A DNA stretch of 64,000 bases from Patescibacteria group bacterium (GCA_041747555.1 JBGTEY010000014.1:20919-84918), one strand, 5' to 3'; positions 27,728-38,402 are shown, numbered from the stretch's first letter. Numbers and translations are program-made. Notes: a model not told the origin generated them from the letters alone.

Positions 27728-28990
27728 TTATGCTCCAAAGACTTTTGCTACTTTGTCCAACCCTACTGCTAATGCATCAATGTCAGATCGAGAATTATAA
27801 AGCTGAAAGCTTGCGCGTGTGGTTGCAACCCAGTTATGCTCAACATGAAGTGGCATGGTGCAGTGATGACCTGACCTGACTGCTATATTCTGACTATCAA
27901 GAATCTGTGCCACGTCATGTGAATGAATACCACTGTATAAAAATGTTACTGATCCCACTCGGTTTGTCTTTGGTCCGACTATGGTTACCGCTGGAATTTC
28001 TGAAAGTTTCTCTAGAGAATATGAAACAAGATCCGCGTCATGTTCTTGTAAGGTTTGCATGCCAAACTGATTCATATATGTGCACGCTGCTGCCAATCCC
28101 ACCGCCGATGCTACGTCTGGAGTTCCAGCGGTAAATCGCTCAACAGGGTCGTCATGGAAAGTCGCGCCAGTTCGCGAAACTTCGCCAATCATGCCGCCAC
28201 CAAAAAACCATGGCTGCATTTCACCTGATTGCAAGAGTTCTTTGCGTACAAGTAATCCCCCGGAACCCATCGGGCCGAGCATTTTATGGCCACTGAAGGC
28301 GTAAAAATCGATGCCAAGTGCCTTGAAATTGACGGGGATGTGCGGTGCTGCTTGAGCGCCGTCAACAGAGATTCTGACTTGAGGTGATGAAGAGCGAGCA
28401 AGTTTCGCGATGTCTGCAATTGGAACAACTGATCCAAGCGCGTTGGAAACGTGAGCAAGACTTATCAACTTAACTAACTTGCCGTGCTTGTCGAGTGAAC
28501 GCTGCACCTGCTCAACTGCAATGCTGCCGTCCTCCTCAAGCTCAATGTAGTCCAGCGTAGCACCAGTTCGTTCCGCCACCTTTTGCCAGACAACTAAATT
28601 AGAGTGATGCTCGAGTAAGCTAACTAGAATAACGTCACCTGATTTTAGATTGTGATCTGCCCAACCGTAGGCAATTCCATTAATCGCTTCAGTGGTATTA
28701 CGGACCATGATCAGCTCATCATCAGCTGCACCAAAAAAATCTGAAATTGTGTGGCGAGCGCGCTCCCATGCCAGGGTGCTTTCATCCGAAAGATGGTGTA
28801 CACCTCGATGGACGTTGGCGTTTTTGGTCTGGTAGTACTCAACTAAAACATCGATGACTTGCTGGGGTTTATGACTGGTAGCAGCATTATCAAGATACAC
28901 CAACGATTTTCCATATTCTGATTGCGTAAATATTGGGAAATCAGCTCTAAGAACTTCTCCAAGCTCAACGTTTTCGTTTTGAGTTTTCAT
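27728..28990 (-). CDS. sufS: cysteine desulfurase SufS (class V aminotransferase)
   Basis: SGHKMLGP PLP-lysine motif and C-terminal active-site Cys region; 420 aa. Confidence 0.85.
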   Translation of the reverse strand: MKTQNENVELGEVLRADFPIFTQSEYGKSLVYLDNAATSHKPQQVIDVLVEYYQTKNANVHRGVHHLSDESTLAWERARHTISDFFGAADDELIMVRNTTEAINGIAYGWADHNLKSGDVILVSLLEHHSNLVVWQKVAERTGATLDYIELEEDGSIAVEQVQRSLDKHGKLVKLISLAHVSNALGSVVPIADIAKLARSSSPQVRISVDGAQAAPHIPVNFKALGIDFYAFSGHKMLGPMGSGGLLVRKELLQSGEMQPWFFGGGMIGEVSRTGATFHDDPVERFTAGTPDVASAVGLAAACTYMNQFGMQTLQEHDADLVSYSLEKLSEIPAVTIVGPKTNRVGSVTFLYSGIHSHDVAQILDSQNIAVRSGHHCTMPLHVEHNWVATTRASFQLYNSRSDIDALAVGLDKVAKVFGA

Positions 28991-28996
28991 ACCAGA

Positions 28997-29491
28997 CTAT
29001 TGTACCAGGAAACCCTCAACAATCATGTCTTCTGCAGCAGCTTTAGAAATACCACGGCTTTGCAGATAAAAAATCTGCTCCTCTGGGATTCGACTCACAC
29101 TTGCCGCGTGAGAGCACGATACGTCATCGGTTAGAATTTCTAGATCAGGAACAGCTTCTGCTGTTGCTTGGTCAGAAAGCAGTAAAATTCGTTCAGTCAA
29201 AAACGAATGACTATTCCCACATTCGGGATCAATAATAATCCGACCCACAAATCTAATCGAAGATTGATCGCGTCCAACACCCTTGAGTGTCGTGCGAGCT
29301 TGGGTATTGGGGGCTTTGTGATGGATCACCACCTCCACAGATTTTTTTTGATCATTTTTGGCTTCAAAAACGCCAGAAATTGTAACTTCTGCGCCTGATT
29401 TAGTAAGTTCAACGAGATACTCACCTGGTTTTTCCAAAATAATTGGTTTTGCATCTGCAGAATCGATAGTAAAAATTGTCGGCTGTATCAC
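28997..29491 (-). CDS. sufD: short SufD-like Fe-S assembly protein
   Basis: C-terminal SufB/D signature ...EEQIFYLQSRGI...; overlaps the sufB stop. Confidence 0.6.
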   Translation of the reverse strand: MIQPTIFTIDSADAKPIILEKPGEYLVELTKSGAEVTISGVFEAKNDQKKSVEVVIHHKAPNTQARTTLKGVGRDQSSIRFVGRIIIDPECGNSHSFLTERILLLSDQATAEAVPDLEILTDDVSCSHAASVSRIPEEQIFYLQSRGISKAAAEDMIVEGFLVQ

Positions 29492-30912
29492 CCAATACTC
29501 CCTTCCATCTCATGGTCGATTAGTCTATTCATCTCCACCGCATACTCAAGCGGCAATTTACGCACCAAATCATCAATAAATCCATTGACAATTAATTTTC
29601 GCGCGTCTTCTTCGCTCACACCTCGACTCATTAGATAAAATAGTTGGTCATCCCCAATTTTGGAAACAGTTGCCTCGTGCTGCACTTCCACCTGAGAGTT
29701 AAAAATTTTATCCACAGGGTACGTGTCAGATCTCGATTTTCCATCAAGCAACAGCGCGTCACAAATCACCGTATTTTTACTATGATGAGCCTTTGGACCA
29801 ATGCTGACCAAACCACGATAACTCGTGCGCCCGCCATCTTTACTAATCGACTTAGAAACTATCGTTGAACTGGTATAAGGCGCTAAATGAATCGCTTTTG
29901 AGCCCGTATCTTGATGCTGACCAGCTCCTGCCAGCGCCATCGATAACGTCTCACCACGAGCACCTTTACCTGCCAAAATAAAACTCGGGTACTTCATCGT
30001 CACCTTAGAACCCATATTAAAATCAGTCCACACCATCTCACCTTCTTCTTCTACCCAAGCACGCTTGGTCACCAGGTTATAGACATTTTTGTACCAGTTT
30101 TGAATGGTGGTGTATTGGCAGCGAGCACCTTTTTTAACAAATATTTCTACGACTGCAGAATGCAACGAGCCACTTGAGAAATTAGGGGCCGTGCACCCTT
30201 CCACATAATGCACCGATGCGCCTTCATCCACAATAATCAGCGTTCTCTCAAACTGCCCTGCATTTTCAGAATTAATCCGAAAATACGTCTGTAGCGGCAT
30301 TTTTACCTGTACGCCCTTAGGAATATATACAAATGAACCACCAGACCACACCGCAGAATTAAGCGCAGCAAAGACATTGTCACCGGCAGGAATTATTTTA
30401 CTAAAATATTCTTTGACTAAATCAGGATACTGCGCTAAACCTTCATCCATTGATAAAAATACCACGCCGTCTTTGGCAAAAACATCTTTGAGCGAGCCGT
30501 ACACCACTTCACTATCGTACTGAGCTTTCACCCCTGCCAAAACTTCGCGTTCAGCCTTGGGAATTCCCAATCTTTCAAATGTTTCCTTGACATCTGCCGG
30601 GACATCATCCCAAGTTTTACCCGGTGCATCCATTGGTTTAAGGTAATAGTGAATATCATCAAAGTGAATTCCCGACAAGTCTGCACCCCAGGGAGGCATG
30701 GACTTTGCCTGATATTTTTTGAACGAATCCAATCTAAAATCGAGCATCCATTTTGGCTCGTTTTTCATACTTGAAAGCTCATGAATCACGCGGGCATCTA
30801 GGCCGGGTTTGGTTATATGTGAATATGAATCGGTACTGAAAGAATACCCATGTTGGTACTCGTCTTTTTCGGTTTCGAAGGTGCTGGTTTTTTTCTGTGC
30901 AAATCGTGCCAC
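29488..30912 (-). CDS. sufB: Fe-S cluster assembly protein SufB
   Basis: 474 aa; the C-terminal motif DQLFYLMSRGVSEEDARKLIVNGF is diagnostic. Confidence 0.9.
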   Translation of the reverse strand: MARFAQKKTSTFETEKDEYQHGYSFSTDSYSHITKPGLDARVIHELSSMKNEPKWMLDFRLDSFKKYQAKSMPPWGADLSGIHFDDIHYYLKPMDAPGKTWDDVPADVKETFERLGIPKAEREVLAGVKAQYDSEVVYGSLKDVFAKDGVVFLSMDEGLAQYPDLVKEYFSKIIPAGDNVFAALNSAVWSGGSFVYIPKGVQVKMPLQTYFRINSENAGQFERTLIIVDEGASVHYVEGCTAPNFSSGSLHSAVVEIFVKKGARCQYTTIQNWYKNVYNLVTKRAWVEEEGEMVWTDFNMGSKVTMKYPSFILAGKGARGETLSMALAGAGQHQDTGSKAIHLAPYTSSTIVSKSISKDGGRTSYRGLVSIGPKAHHSKNTVICDALLLDGKSRSDTYPVDKIFNSQVEVQHEATVSKIGDDQLFYLMSRGVSEEDARKLIVNGFIDDLVRKLPLEYAVEMNRLIDHEMEGSIG

Positions 30913-31406
30913 TATAACTCCTCATGGGCGAGCGCGCGTTTGGCAGTCAGAACCACAAATTCACCAGTTTTGTCAAAGTCATACTGACCTAGCTCATCGA
31001 GTGACGCCCAAGCATACTCGGTGTGCTCGTCGCTGAGGACAACTTGTGGTCGAGCTGTAGCGTCAATTGCAATATTCCATCCAAAAATAATGGAAAACAT
31101 CTGTTGTGATGCATCAAAGTAGGTATTGAGATATGTCAATGCAGATTCGGTAAATTGATCGGCGTTTAGTGCAATTCCTGTTTCTTCTTGCACCTCTCGG
31201 ACCGCATCGGCTGCATACTGCCCATCACCTGATTGATCAGTTACGGGCCACTCTGAATTCCCGCCCGGTAAGTCCCACTTTTCTGGCCTACTTTTGGCGT
31301 CGGATGCTCTTTTAAGCAACAATACATGACCATCATGTACCAGTGCCACTTTTTGCAAAAGTTTAACTTGATCGGTGAGATGGTGGGGTTTGTTTGGACT
31401 ATGCAT
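30912..31406 (-). CDS. NUDIX hydrolase
   Basis: Nudix box GGNSEWPVT...AVREVQEETGI; start placed at the ATG 31404-31406, directly abutting the sufC stop. Confidence 0.7.
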   Translation of the reverse strand: MHSPNKPHHLTDQVKLLQKVALVHDGHVLLLKRASDAKSRPEKWDLPGGNSEWPVTDQSGDGQYAADAVREVQEETGIALNADQFTESALTYLNTYFDASQQMFSIIFGWNIAIDATARPQVVLSDEHTEYAWASLDELGQYDFDKTGEFVVLTAKRALAHEEL

Positions 31407-31407
31407 G

Positions 31408-32202
31408 TTATTTTTGGTGTGTGTACCCTTCGCTGTCGACTTGGGTAGCAAGCTCAGGGCCACCGCTTTTGGCAATTTTTCCATCAATCACAATGTGAAC
31501 ATAATCTGGACTCAAGTAATCAAGAATTCGCTGATAGTGAGTGATGACAAGCACACCAGTGTTAAATCGCTTTACAACTTCTTTGACTCCAGCGGCTACT
31601 TTTTTGATGGCATCCACGTCTAACCCCGAATCAGTTTCATCCAAAATGGCATACTTTGGTTCAAGAACAGCCATTTGCACAATTTCAAGTTGCTTCTTCT
31701 CACCGCCACTAAACCCTTCGTTGAGTCCACGTTCTAGCAATTTTTCATTGACCTTAAGGTCTTTTGTGAGTGACTGCAAATGCTTTCTAAAATCAATAGC
31801 TCGTTTAAACTGCTTTTTTTCATCCTCTTGAAATCGCTCTTGATGTGCCAAGCGCAAAAAGTTCTGCACACGAACACCCGGAACTTCTACCGGATACTGA
31901 AATGCCAAAAACAACCCAAGTTGCGCACGCTCATCGGGTGACATTTCTAGAATTGAGACACCATCTACCGTTGCCTCACCATTGAGAATTTCATATGCAG
32001 GGTGACCCGCAAGCGTTGCAGCCAAAGTTGATTTTCCAGAACCATTAGGGCCCATGATCGCATGCACTTCACCTGGCTTAACTTCTAGAGAAATGCCTTT
32101 GAGAATTTCTGTTTCCTCCACAGAGACTCTCAGATCGGTGATTTTGAGTGATTTTTCTACTTTTTTGCCTGTTTTTTTATTTTTTTGCATATTCCCTCGC
32201 AA
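31408..32202 (-). CDS. sufC: Fe-S cluster assembly ATPase SufC
   Basis: GPNGSGKST, LSGGEKK, ILDETDSGLD motifs. Confidence 0.9.
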   Translation of the reverse strand: MRGNMQKNKKTGKKVEKSLKITDLRVSVEETEILKGISLEVKPGEVHAIMGPNGSGKSTLAATLAGHPAYEILNGEATVDGVSILEMSPDERAQLGLFLAFQYPVEVPGVRVQNFLRLAHQERFQEDEKKQFKRAIDFRKHLQSLTKDLKVNEKLLERGLNEGFSGGEKKQLEIVQMAVLEPKYAILDETDSGLDVDAIKKVAAGVKEVVKRFNTGVLVITHYQRILDYLSPDYVHIVIDGKIAKSGGPELATQVDSEGYTHQK

Positions 32203-32725
32203 TTTTTAGTGCCAAGCGTGCTTCTGCACGGATATCATCGATCGTTTCAATTTCATCAAGTTCTGAATCAGAAAACCATGCGATGCCATCGGTTTCTTCA
32301 ACGTTTTGCGTAAATTCAATCGAACCAACCGCTTCCATTAAGTACAAAAAACCTAAATGTTGTTCGCAGCCTTTTGGCCAAAGTTTGGTTGAAACGCGTT
32401 TTTCATGGTCTTCACTTGCGAGTCGTGAATCGAAATTTTCTTTTGAAACCCAGTGAATATTTGAGGTAATTGGTGTTGGTAAGTACTGAGAGGTTGTGGA
32501 ATCTCTTAAAATTCCAATCGGTGCGGCTTTTACCTTTATTCCTGTTTCTTCCCAAAATTCACGCTCTGCTGTTTGGTGGGGGAGCTCATCTTCCTCTGTG
32601 TGACCACCGGGAGCGAGCCACATCTTTAATTTCTTATGCTTTACTAAAAGCACTTTTTCGTCCGCAACCAAAAAACCCGCAGCAGTCAAACACGTTTTTG
32701 CCTGAAAATGTTGTAGATCAATCAC
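32177..32725 (-). CDS. NUDIX hydrolase
   Basis: Nudix box GGHTEEDELPHQTAEREFWEETGI. Confidence 0.75.
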   Translation of the reverse strand: MIDLQHFQAKTCLTAAGFLVADEKVLLVKHKKLKMWLAPGGHTEEDELPHQTAEREFWEETGIKVKAAPIGILRDSTTSQYLPTPITSNIHWVSKENFDSRLASEDHEKRVSTKLWPKGCEQHLGFLYLMEAVGSIEFTQNVEETDGIAWFSDSELDEIETIDDIRAEARLALKIAREYAKK

Positions 32726-32756
32726 GGGTGTATTGTACCAGGTTTTGCCATGGGCT

Positions 32757-33341
32757 CTAGATTAAACTCATCTGGACTCCCGCATCTTTTTGGGGAGCAA
32801 AGCTAAAATCCACGGGACAATCAATTAATCTATTCCATTTGTTTTTAAACTGCACAAAACCTTTTTGCAACCCAACGTCATAAATATCACGTGTCACGGC
32901 AACGTCCTGCAAACAGTATTTTTCAAGTGCGTCCCAGTTTTGATTTTTGTAATATTTGATCGCATCTAATCCATCGCCACTTTTTCCAATTCCAAGGGTT
33001 TCCTGAGCTACTGAATCTAACTTAATGCGATGTCCTGCGCTATCTTTGATCCTGGTTAAAAGATCAAGTGTTGGAATACGAGAAATGTCTCCTGTGTAAT
33101 AGGTAGTAAATGTGGGCATGTCAAAATTATCGATATTGAACCCAATCACAATGTCAGCCTTTTCTAACAGCGGAAATAAATCAGGCAAATCTTTTTCAAA
33201 AAAACTGAGCATTTCACCTTTGCCAGAAAATCCCGTTCGAGCACATACGCCCACAAATGAAATACCAAGTTTTTCGGGGAAAAAGCCGCCGACTTCATCA
33301 AATGTTTTTTTGGTTTCAACATCAAGAATAAGCTGCAACAT
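32757..33341 (-). CDS. RNase H-fold 3'-5' exonuclease (PolB-exonuclease-like, DEDDy)
   Basis: ILDVET Exo I motif and YCLQDVAVTRDIYD Exo III motif. Confidence 0.55.
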   Translation of the reverse strand: MLQLILDVETKKTFDEVGGFFPEKLGISFVGVCARTGFSGKGEMLSFFEKDLPDLFPLLEKADIVIGFNIDNFDMPTFTTYYTGDISRIPTLDLLTRIKDSAGHRIKLDSVAQETLGIGKSGDGLDAIKYYKNQNWDALEKYCLQDVAVTRDIYDVGLQKGFVQFKNKWNRLIDCPVDFSFAPQKDAGVQMSLI

Positions 33342-33438
33342 AGAAAAGATTCCTCATCTATTTCATTTCTGAAAAAAACAGAATACCACAGGTGCCACAG
33401 GTCATGAAACCATTGAACTTGCTCAAAAAATGAGCGTT

Positions 33439-34041
33439 TTAGCTGGCGTCAGAAAATCGTTTTGAAACCTCAGACCAATTGACGACATTCCAGAATGCTT
33501 CGAGATAGTCAGGGCGACGATTCTGGTACTTCAGGTAGTATGCGTGCTCCCAAACATCTACTCCGAGTAATGGAACGCCATTGAGATCTGAAACGTCCAT
33601 CAAAGGATTGTCTTGATTTGGCGTTGAACCGATTTGGAGTGAGCCTCCATCCAAAACCAGCCATCCCCATCCCGAACCAAATTGTCCTGCAGCTGTGTCT
33701 GAAAATTGTCTTTTAAAAGCATCAAATGATCCAAAATCTTTGGCTATCGCATCTGCGAGGTCTCCCGTTGGTTCACCTCCACCGTCTGGCGACATGCTGG
33801 TCCAAAAAAGATCATGATTATAGAATCCTCCGCCATTATTGCGTACAGCCACTGGGTGCTCAGAAACATGGGCGAGAATTTCCTCAATACTAAGATTGGC
33901 AAGCGGTGTTCCCTCTATGGCACCGTTTAGTTTATCGGTATAACCTTGATGATGCTTGGTGTGGTGAATTTCCATGGTTTTAGCATCGATGTGCGGCTCG
34001 AGTGCGTCATGGGAATATGGTAATTTTGGTAAAGAAAACAT
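33439..34041 (-). CDS. sod: Fe/Mn superoxide dismutase
   Basis: HHTKHH and DVWEHAYYL metal-ligand motifs. Confidence 0.9.
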   Translation of the reverse strand: MFSLPKLPYSHDALEPHIDAKTMEIHHTKHHQGYTDKLNGAIEGTPLANLSIEEILAHVSEHPVAVRNNGGGFYNHDLFWTSMSPDGGGEPTGDLADAIAKDFGSFDAFKRQFSDTAAGQFGSGWGWLVLDGGSLQIGSTPNQDNPLMDVSDLNGVPLLGVDVWEHAYYLKYQNRRPDYLEAFWNVVNWSEVSKRFSDAS

Positions 34042-34093
34042 GGGTTCCTTTCGGGGTGATTTTCCTCAGTATAGCACAGGATGGAAGTGACTG

Positions 34094-34966
34094 CTAACTC
34101 ACAATCCTGTTTTCTGAGAGTATTCTGCGGAGCTCTAGCATTCTGTCTCGACCAACGGTGTTTAGAAAGGTAAACCACTCTGGGACACTTTCTGCCATCA
34201 AATTGCCATTGGGATTTAGTGCATTTTTAATACTTTCCGCAGGAGGAAATATCGCGGTGGAGATCAGAAATCCATCAGCACCGGCCTCAATACCTGCTCT
34301 TATTTCAGATTTTGCGCGCTCATAATCAGCCTCTGTGCTGGAAATAATCCAGGGAACGTCTAACTCTGTAGTTATGGTGGCTGCAGTCAGTGGATCTTCA
34401 AGATATTCTAAAATCATCCCGTCGCACTTGTCACGTAATTCTACTACTGCTGTTAACTGGTCTTGAAGTTGCGTTTCGCGTTCTGCTGCCTCACTCGCTT
34501 GATGGTACACCAAAAGCTCCAGCATAAGATCAATTCCAACGTGTCGACAGTGTTCATGTATTTCTGCAACAAATTTTTGCTTGGCAAGTGCTTGGCGTTC
34601 TGAAGGATGATAGTAGAGACGAAGCTTGGCAACGCCATAGTTTTGACGAATATTCTCTACATTCCAGCGGTCCACGAGTGCTGGTAAGGCCATCGGATCG
34701 ACATCAACTGATTGTTTTTCAATGGTGAGCACTAATCCAGCGTTTTCTGACTTTTGAAGAATTGAGTAGTACGTATATTCAGGTGAGAACACGATGCCTG
34801 TTGCGTGCGGACTGAGGGTTCTGACCAGTTCCTTGGAAATCGTTTGGGCTAACGCAGCTGTTTTTGCATCAGTTATGTTGAGTTCTTGTGCATCAAGTAT
34901 TTGTGGCAGTGAAGCAACAGATACGAGTGCGATTCCATTCTGGTCTCGGAGGGCAGGAATGTGCAT
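34094..34966 (-). CDS. class I aldolase of the LacD / tagatose-1,6-bisphosphate aldolase family (possible FBP aldolase role)
   Basis: ...IVFSPEY... and GLVLTIEK segments parallel the LacD 'ILLDPEY' and 'GLLLAYEK' segments. Confidence 0.45.
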   Translation of the reverse strand: MHIPALRDQNGIALVSVASLPQILDAQELNITDAKTAALAQTISKELVRTLSPHATGIVFSPEYTYYSILQKSENAGLVLTIEKQSVDVDPMALPALVDRWNVENIRQNYGVAKLRLYYHPSERQALAKQKFVAEIHEHCRHVGIDLMLELLVYHQASEAAERETQLQDQLTAVVELRDKCDGMILEYLEDPLTAATITTELDVPWIISSTEADYERAKSEIRAGIEAGADGFLISTAIFPPAESIKNALNPNGNLMAESVPEWFTFLNTVGRDRMLELRRILSENRIVS

Positions 34967-34973
34967 GGTTGAG

Positions 34974-35852
34974 TTATTCTAGCGGAGTCAGGCTTCGCTT
35001 GACTAGTTGCAGAGTGGCGCTGATTGATTCATCTGCCAAGAGACGATCGTCAGTCAACTCCACTTCAATAAGTTCTGCCAGCTTGTTTTTTTCCCATTTG
35101 TCTCGTTTTTTCTTCCATTCTAATTTTTCATCTGCCGCAACTTGATCCCCTTGGTCAGCTTTACTTGTGAGACCTCTAACGTATTGTTTATCCTTATTGC
35201 GTGGATTTTCAGCATCATCCATCGTTTGCAGTTTAAGATAGGCCAAGTGTTGCAGGCATGATAGCCATGCCTCCACTCCATGTTTTTGCACTATGGTACT
35301 CCTCAACGAGAGGATTTCAGAAGGCATGCCATCTGCATCAAATGTTGCAATTTTAGTGAAGACATCATGCGCGTCCTCGGCTGGAACTGGCGACTTAGTC
35401 AAGTGATGCGCATAGTATGCAAGATGCATCATATCTGCCCACTCAAAAAGAATATCGGCTAGCCTACCGGGGACGTTGGGCTCCTTCTGAGCAAGCTCAA
35501 TTGCTTGTAAAACTTCAGCTAATTCTGTTGCCTCTGCCCTGGAGTCCTTGTCAGCTCGAGCTGTGTCGCCATAACTCCTGACAGACAAATCTCCAGAAAT
35601 TATGCTGAAGCCAATTTTGATTTTCGCTTGATTAAAAGTACGCACAGATCGCCTGACTTCACCCTGACCTGCATCAATATCATCATTAGGTGGAGGCCCA
35701 TAGACAGTGTACAGAGCCAGTTGGTATCTCCTAGCAGTTGGAGATGTGTTTAGTACATCTAAAATCTTCTGAAGTTTGGTTGTAATTTTGTCATTAGATT
35801 TTTCATCACTCTGACTTCCTAAATCGCCCTCCCAAGGATTTATCCCTGACAT
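34974..35852 (-). CDS. hypothetical protein (292 aa), helical, no recognised motifs
   Basis: ORF only. Confidence 0.4.
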   Translation of the reverse strand: MSGINPWEGDLGSQSDEKSNDKITTKLQKILDVLNTSPTARRYQLALYTVYGPPPNDDIDAGQGEVRRSVRTFNQAKIKIGFSIISGDLSVRSYGDTARADKDSRAEATELAEVLQAIELAQKEPNVPGRLADILFEWADMMHLAYYAHHLTKSPVPAEDAHDVFTKIATFDADGMPSEILSLRSTIVQKHGVEAWLSCLQHLAYLKLQTMDDAENPRNKDKQYVRGLTSKADQGDQVAADEKLEWKKKRDKWEKNKLAELIEVELTDDRLLADESISATLQLVKRSLTPLE

Positions 35853-35898
35853 ACAGCACTCCCCTATCTTATGTTAGTACTTGATTCAAATTACCTAG

Positions 35899-38271
35899 CT
35901 ACCGTCTCGGACCTCTTGAGCCGCGGTCTCTGTCGCCACCTCGTGAGCCGCCACGGTTGCGATCGCCACCTCTGTAGCCGCCGCCACGTGAGCCACCTCT
36001 AGATCCGCCGCGGTCGCCGCCGCGATCTCCTCTATCACCGCCGCCGGAACGTTGTGGTTGCTTACTCTCTTCTTCTTCAGTGAGCATGGAGAGGCCGATT
36101 TTGCCGTCTTCTTTAATCTCGCTAATTCTAACGTGAGCCTTGTCGCCGACATTTACTAGATCTGCAGCGTCATTGACGTACTCTGTGGACATTTTTGAGA
36201 CATGGACTAATCCTTCTCTGCCAGGTAAGTATTCGACAAAAGCGCCGTAACTTTCTACTCTAGTAACGATTCCATCAAATGCTTCACCGACTTCCATAAC
36301 ACGCATCATGTTATTGATGAATGTGGTGGCAATGTTGATTTTTTCCTGATCTGGAGAAGAGACATTGACTAAGCCAACTTTCTTTTCCTCGTCTTCATCA
36401 ACGTTGATGTCAGCGCCGGACATTTCGATAATGCTCTTGATCATCTTTCCACCTGGACCGATCAATTCACCGATTCGCTCTTGAGGAATGGTTAGTTGAA
36501 CAATTTTTGGCGCAAACTGTGAAAGTGCGGTTCTTGGTTCTGAAATACCCTTGAGCATTTCAGCCATGATGTGCATTCGACCAGTGTGTGCTTGAGACAA
36601 TGCTTGTTCTAAGATGCTTTTTGGCAATCCTTTGAGTTTGATGTCCATTTGAATTGCGGTGATGCCCTCTGAGCTACCCGCAACCTTGAAGTCCATGTCA
36701 CCGACGTGGTCTTCAAGACCTTGAATGTCAGAAAGTACTCTGAAGGTCTTGCCATCTGAGACTAATCCCATAGCGATTCCAGCGACTGGGCGCTTGATTG
36801 GAACACCTGCAGCCATGAGTGACAAGGTTGATCCACAGACTGAAGCCTGGGATGTTGAGCCATTTGAACTCATGATTTCTGAGACAACGTGAATTGCATA
36901 CGGGAACTCTGCCTGAGACGGGATCATTGGCAGGAGTGCGCGCTCTGCGAGCGCGCCATGCCCAATTTCCCTTCGCTTCGGCCAGCCAATTCGACCAGCT
37001 TCTCCAGAAGCGTACGGAGGCATGTTGTAGTGGTGCATGTAGTGACGGGTTTCTTCGCCTTCAATACTCTCGATCAATTGACCAAGTGAAGGGTTGCCAA
37101 GTGTTGTAACGGTAACAGCTTGAGTAGCACCCCGTTTAAACATTGCTGAACCATGGGTTCTTGGAAAGACATCAACTTCTGTCCAGATTTCTCGAATTTC
37201 ATCGAGTCCTCGGCCGTCGGGACGGGTTGCGTCATCAATGATCATCTTACGAGCACCGAGCTTGAGTGAGCCGTAGACTGCACTTCCAATTTCTTTTTCG
37301 GTGTAGAGATCTTCTTCGTCTCGACCTTTGTTGAACTCTTCAAGTAATTTGGCTTCAAACTCATCGAGCTCAATAGCTTCTAGAGAACCCTTTTTCTTGG
37401 TAAGTGCTAGAATTTCTGCGGTGTGAGCCTCAAAAACAGCTTGGGTGAGTTCTTCTTGTCGTTTGTTCTGAGCAACTTCTGCTTCAGTGAGTAACTCAAC
37501 TTTCTCTTTACCGATCTCTTTGACAATTGCTTCAATATCCTTTGAAATTTTGCCAATTTCTGTCTGAGCTAAGGTGAGCGCCTCAATCATGATTGACTCT
37601 TCAATCTCATTTGCGCCAGCCTCGACCATGACGATTGCATCATGAACACCAGAAACAATTAAGTCTAAATCGCCAGCGTCTCGATTTGCATAGGTTGGGT
37701 TAATCTCAAAATTCTTGGTTGACTTAGTGTATCCAACTCGAACACCACTCAATGGACCGTCGAAGGGAATTTCTGAAATTGCCAAAGCAATGCCACTTCC
37801 AAGAAGCCCAAGCATATCAGGATCATGTTCTCCATCAAATGAGAAAACGGTGTTTACAACTTGCACTTCATTGGTAATTCCATCTGCAAACATTGGTCTG
37901 AGTGACCGGTCAATAACACGTGCTTTTAGAATTGCATCGTCGGTTGGTTTGCCGTCTCTTTTGACCCAACGGGAGCCTTTAATAACTCCAGCGGAATATA
38001 ATTTTTCAATAAATTCAACTGAAAGTGGGAAATAGCCAAGATTGACTTTTCTGCCAAGTGCAACCGTTGTATGAACGATAGTTTCACCACATTGGACGAG
38101 CACTGCTGCGCTGACTTGTTGTGAAAAGCTACCAACGGTAATTTTTACGGTTTTGTCACCAATTTTTAGGTCTTTGGTGTAGACGTCTGGGTATACAGGG
38201 TATGACATGTATTCCTTCTCCTGCCTCAACAATCGTCGTGGATTTTGAAGAGTACTCCGGAGAGGAAACAA
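35899..38271 (-). CDS. pnp: polyribonucleotide nucleotidyltransferase (PNPase) with C-terminal RGG/GDR repeat tail
   Basis: Two RNase PH domains, KH and S1 domains; tail GGDRGDRGGDRGGSRGGSRGG... Confidence 0.9.
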   Translation of the reverse strand: MFPLRSTLQNPRRLLRQEKEYMSYPVYPDVYTKDLKIGDKTVKITVGSFSQQVSAAVLVQCGETIVHTTVALGRKVNLGYFPLSVEFIEKLYSAGVIKGSRWVKRDGKPTDDAILKARVIDRSLRPMFADGITNEVQVVNTVFSFDGEHDPDMLGLLGSGIALAISEIPFDGPLSGVRVGYTKSTKNFEINPTYANRDAGDLDLIVSGVHDAIVMVEAGANEIEESIMIEALTLAQTEIGKISKDIEAIVKEIGKEKVELLTEAEVAQNKRQEELTQAVFEAHTAEILALTKKKGSLEAIELDEFEAKLLEEFNKGRDEEDLYTEKEIGSAVYGSLKLGARKMIIDDATRPDGRGLDEIREIWTEVDVFPRTHGSAMFKRGATQAVTVTTLGNPSLGQLIESIEGEETRHYMHHYNMPPYASGEAGRIGWPKRREIGHGALAERALLPMIPSQAEFPYAIHVVSEIMSSNGSTSQASVCGSTLSLMAAGVPIKRPVAGIAMGLVSDGKTFRVLSDIQGLEDHVGDMDFKVAGSSEGITAIQMDIKLKGLPKSILEQALSQAHTGRMHIMAEMLKGISEPRTALSQFAPKIVQLTIPQERIGELIGPGGKMIKSIIEMSGADINVDEDEEKKVGLVNVSSPDQEKINIATTFINNMMRVMEVGEAFDGIVTRVESYGAFVEYLPGREGLVHVSKMSTEYVNDAADLVNVGDKAHVRISEIKEDGKIGLSMLTEEEESKQPQRSGGGDRGDRGGDRGGSRGGSRGGGYRGGDRNRGGSRGGDRDRGSRGPRR

Positions 38272-38402
38272 GATCTTCTTATTTGCTCTCTCGAATCCTC
38301 AGACCACGGGACGTGCTGCGGCATAATTTATATGTAAGTGTATTGTACCACGGGTTTTAGGAGGTTATTCTCACGGGAGGTCAGCAGAACGTGAAACTGT
38401 CC

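Noticed and set aside
33380-33405. GCTCA-AAAAA-TGAGC hairpin between the exonuclease and SOD genes as a terminator
   Set aside because: For the minus-strand genes the hairpin is not followed by a U-tract. The T-run lies on the plus strand, where no gene is present.
36889-37109. Two overlapping plus-strand ORFs inside pnp
   Set aside because: They are antisense to a high-confidence PNPase coding sequence, so they are spurious.
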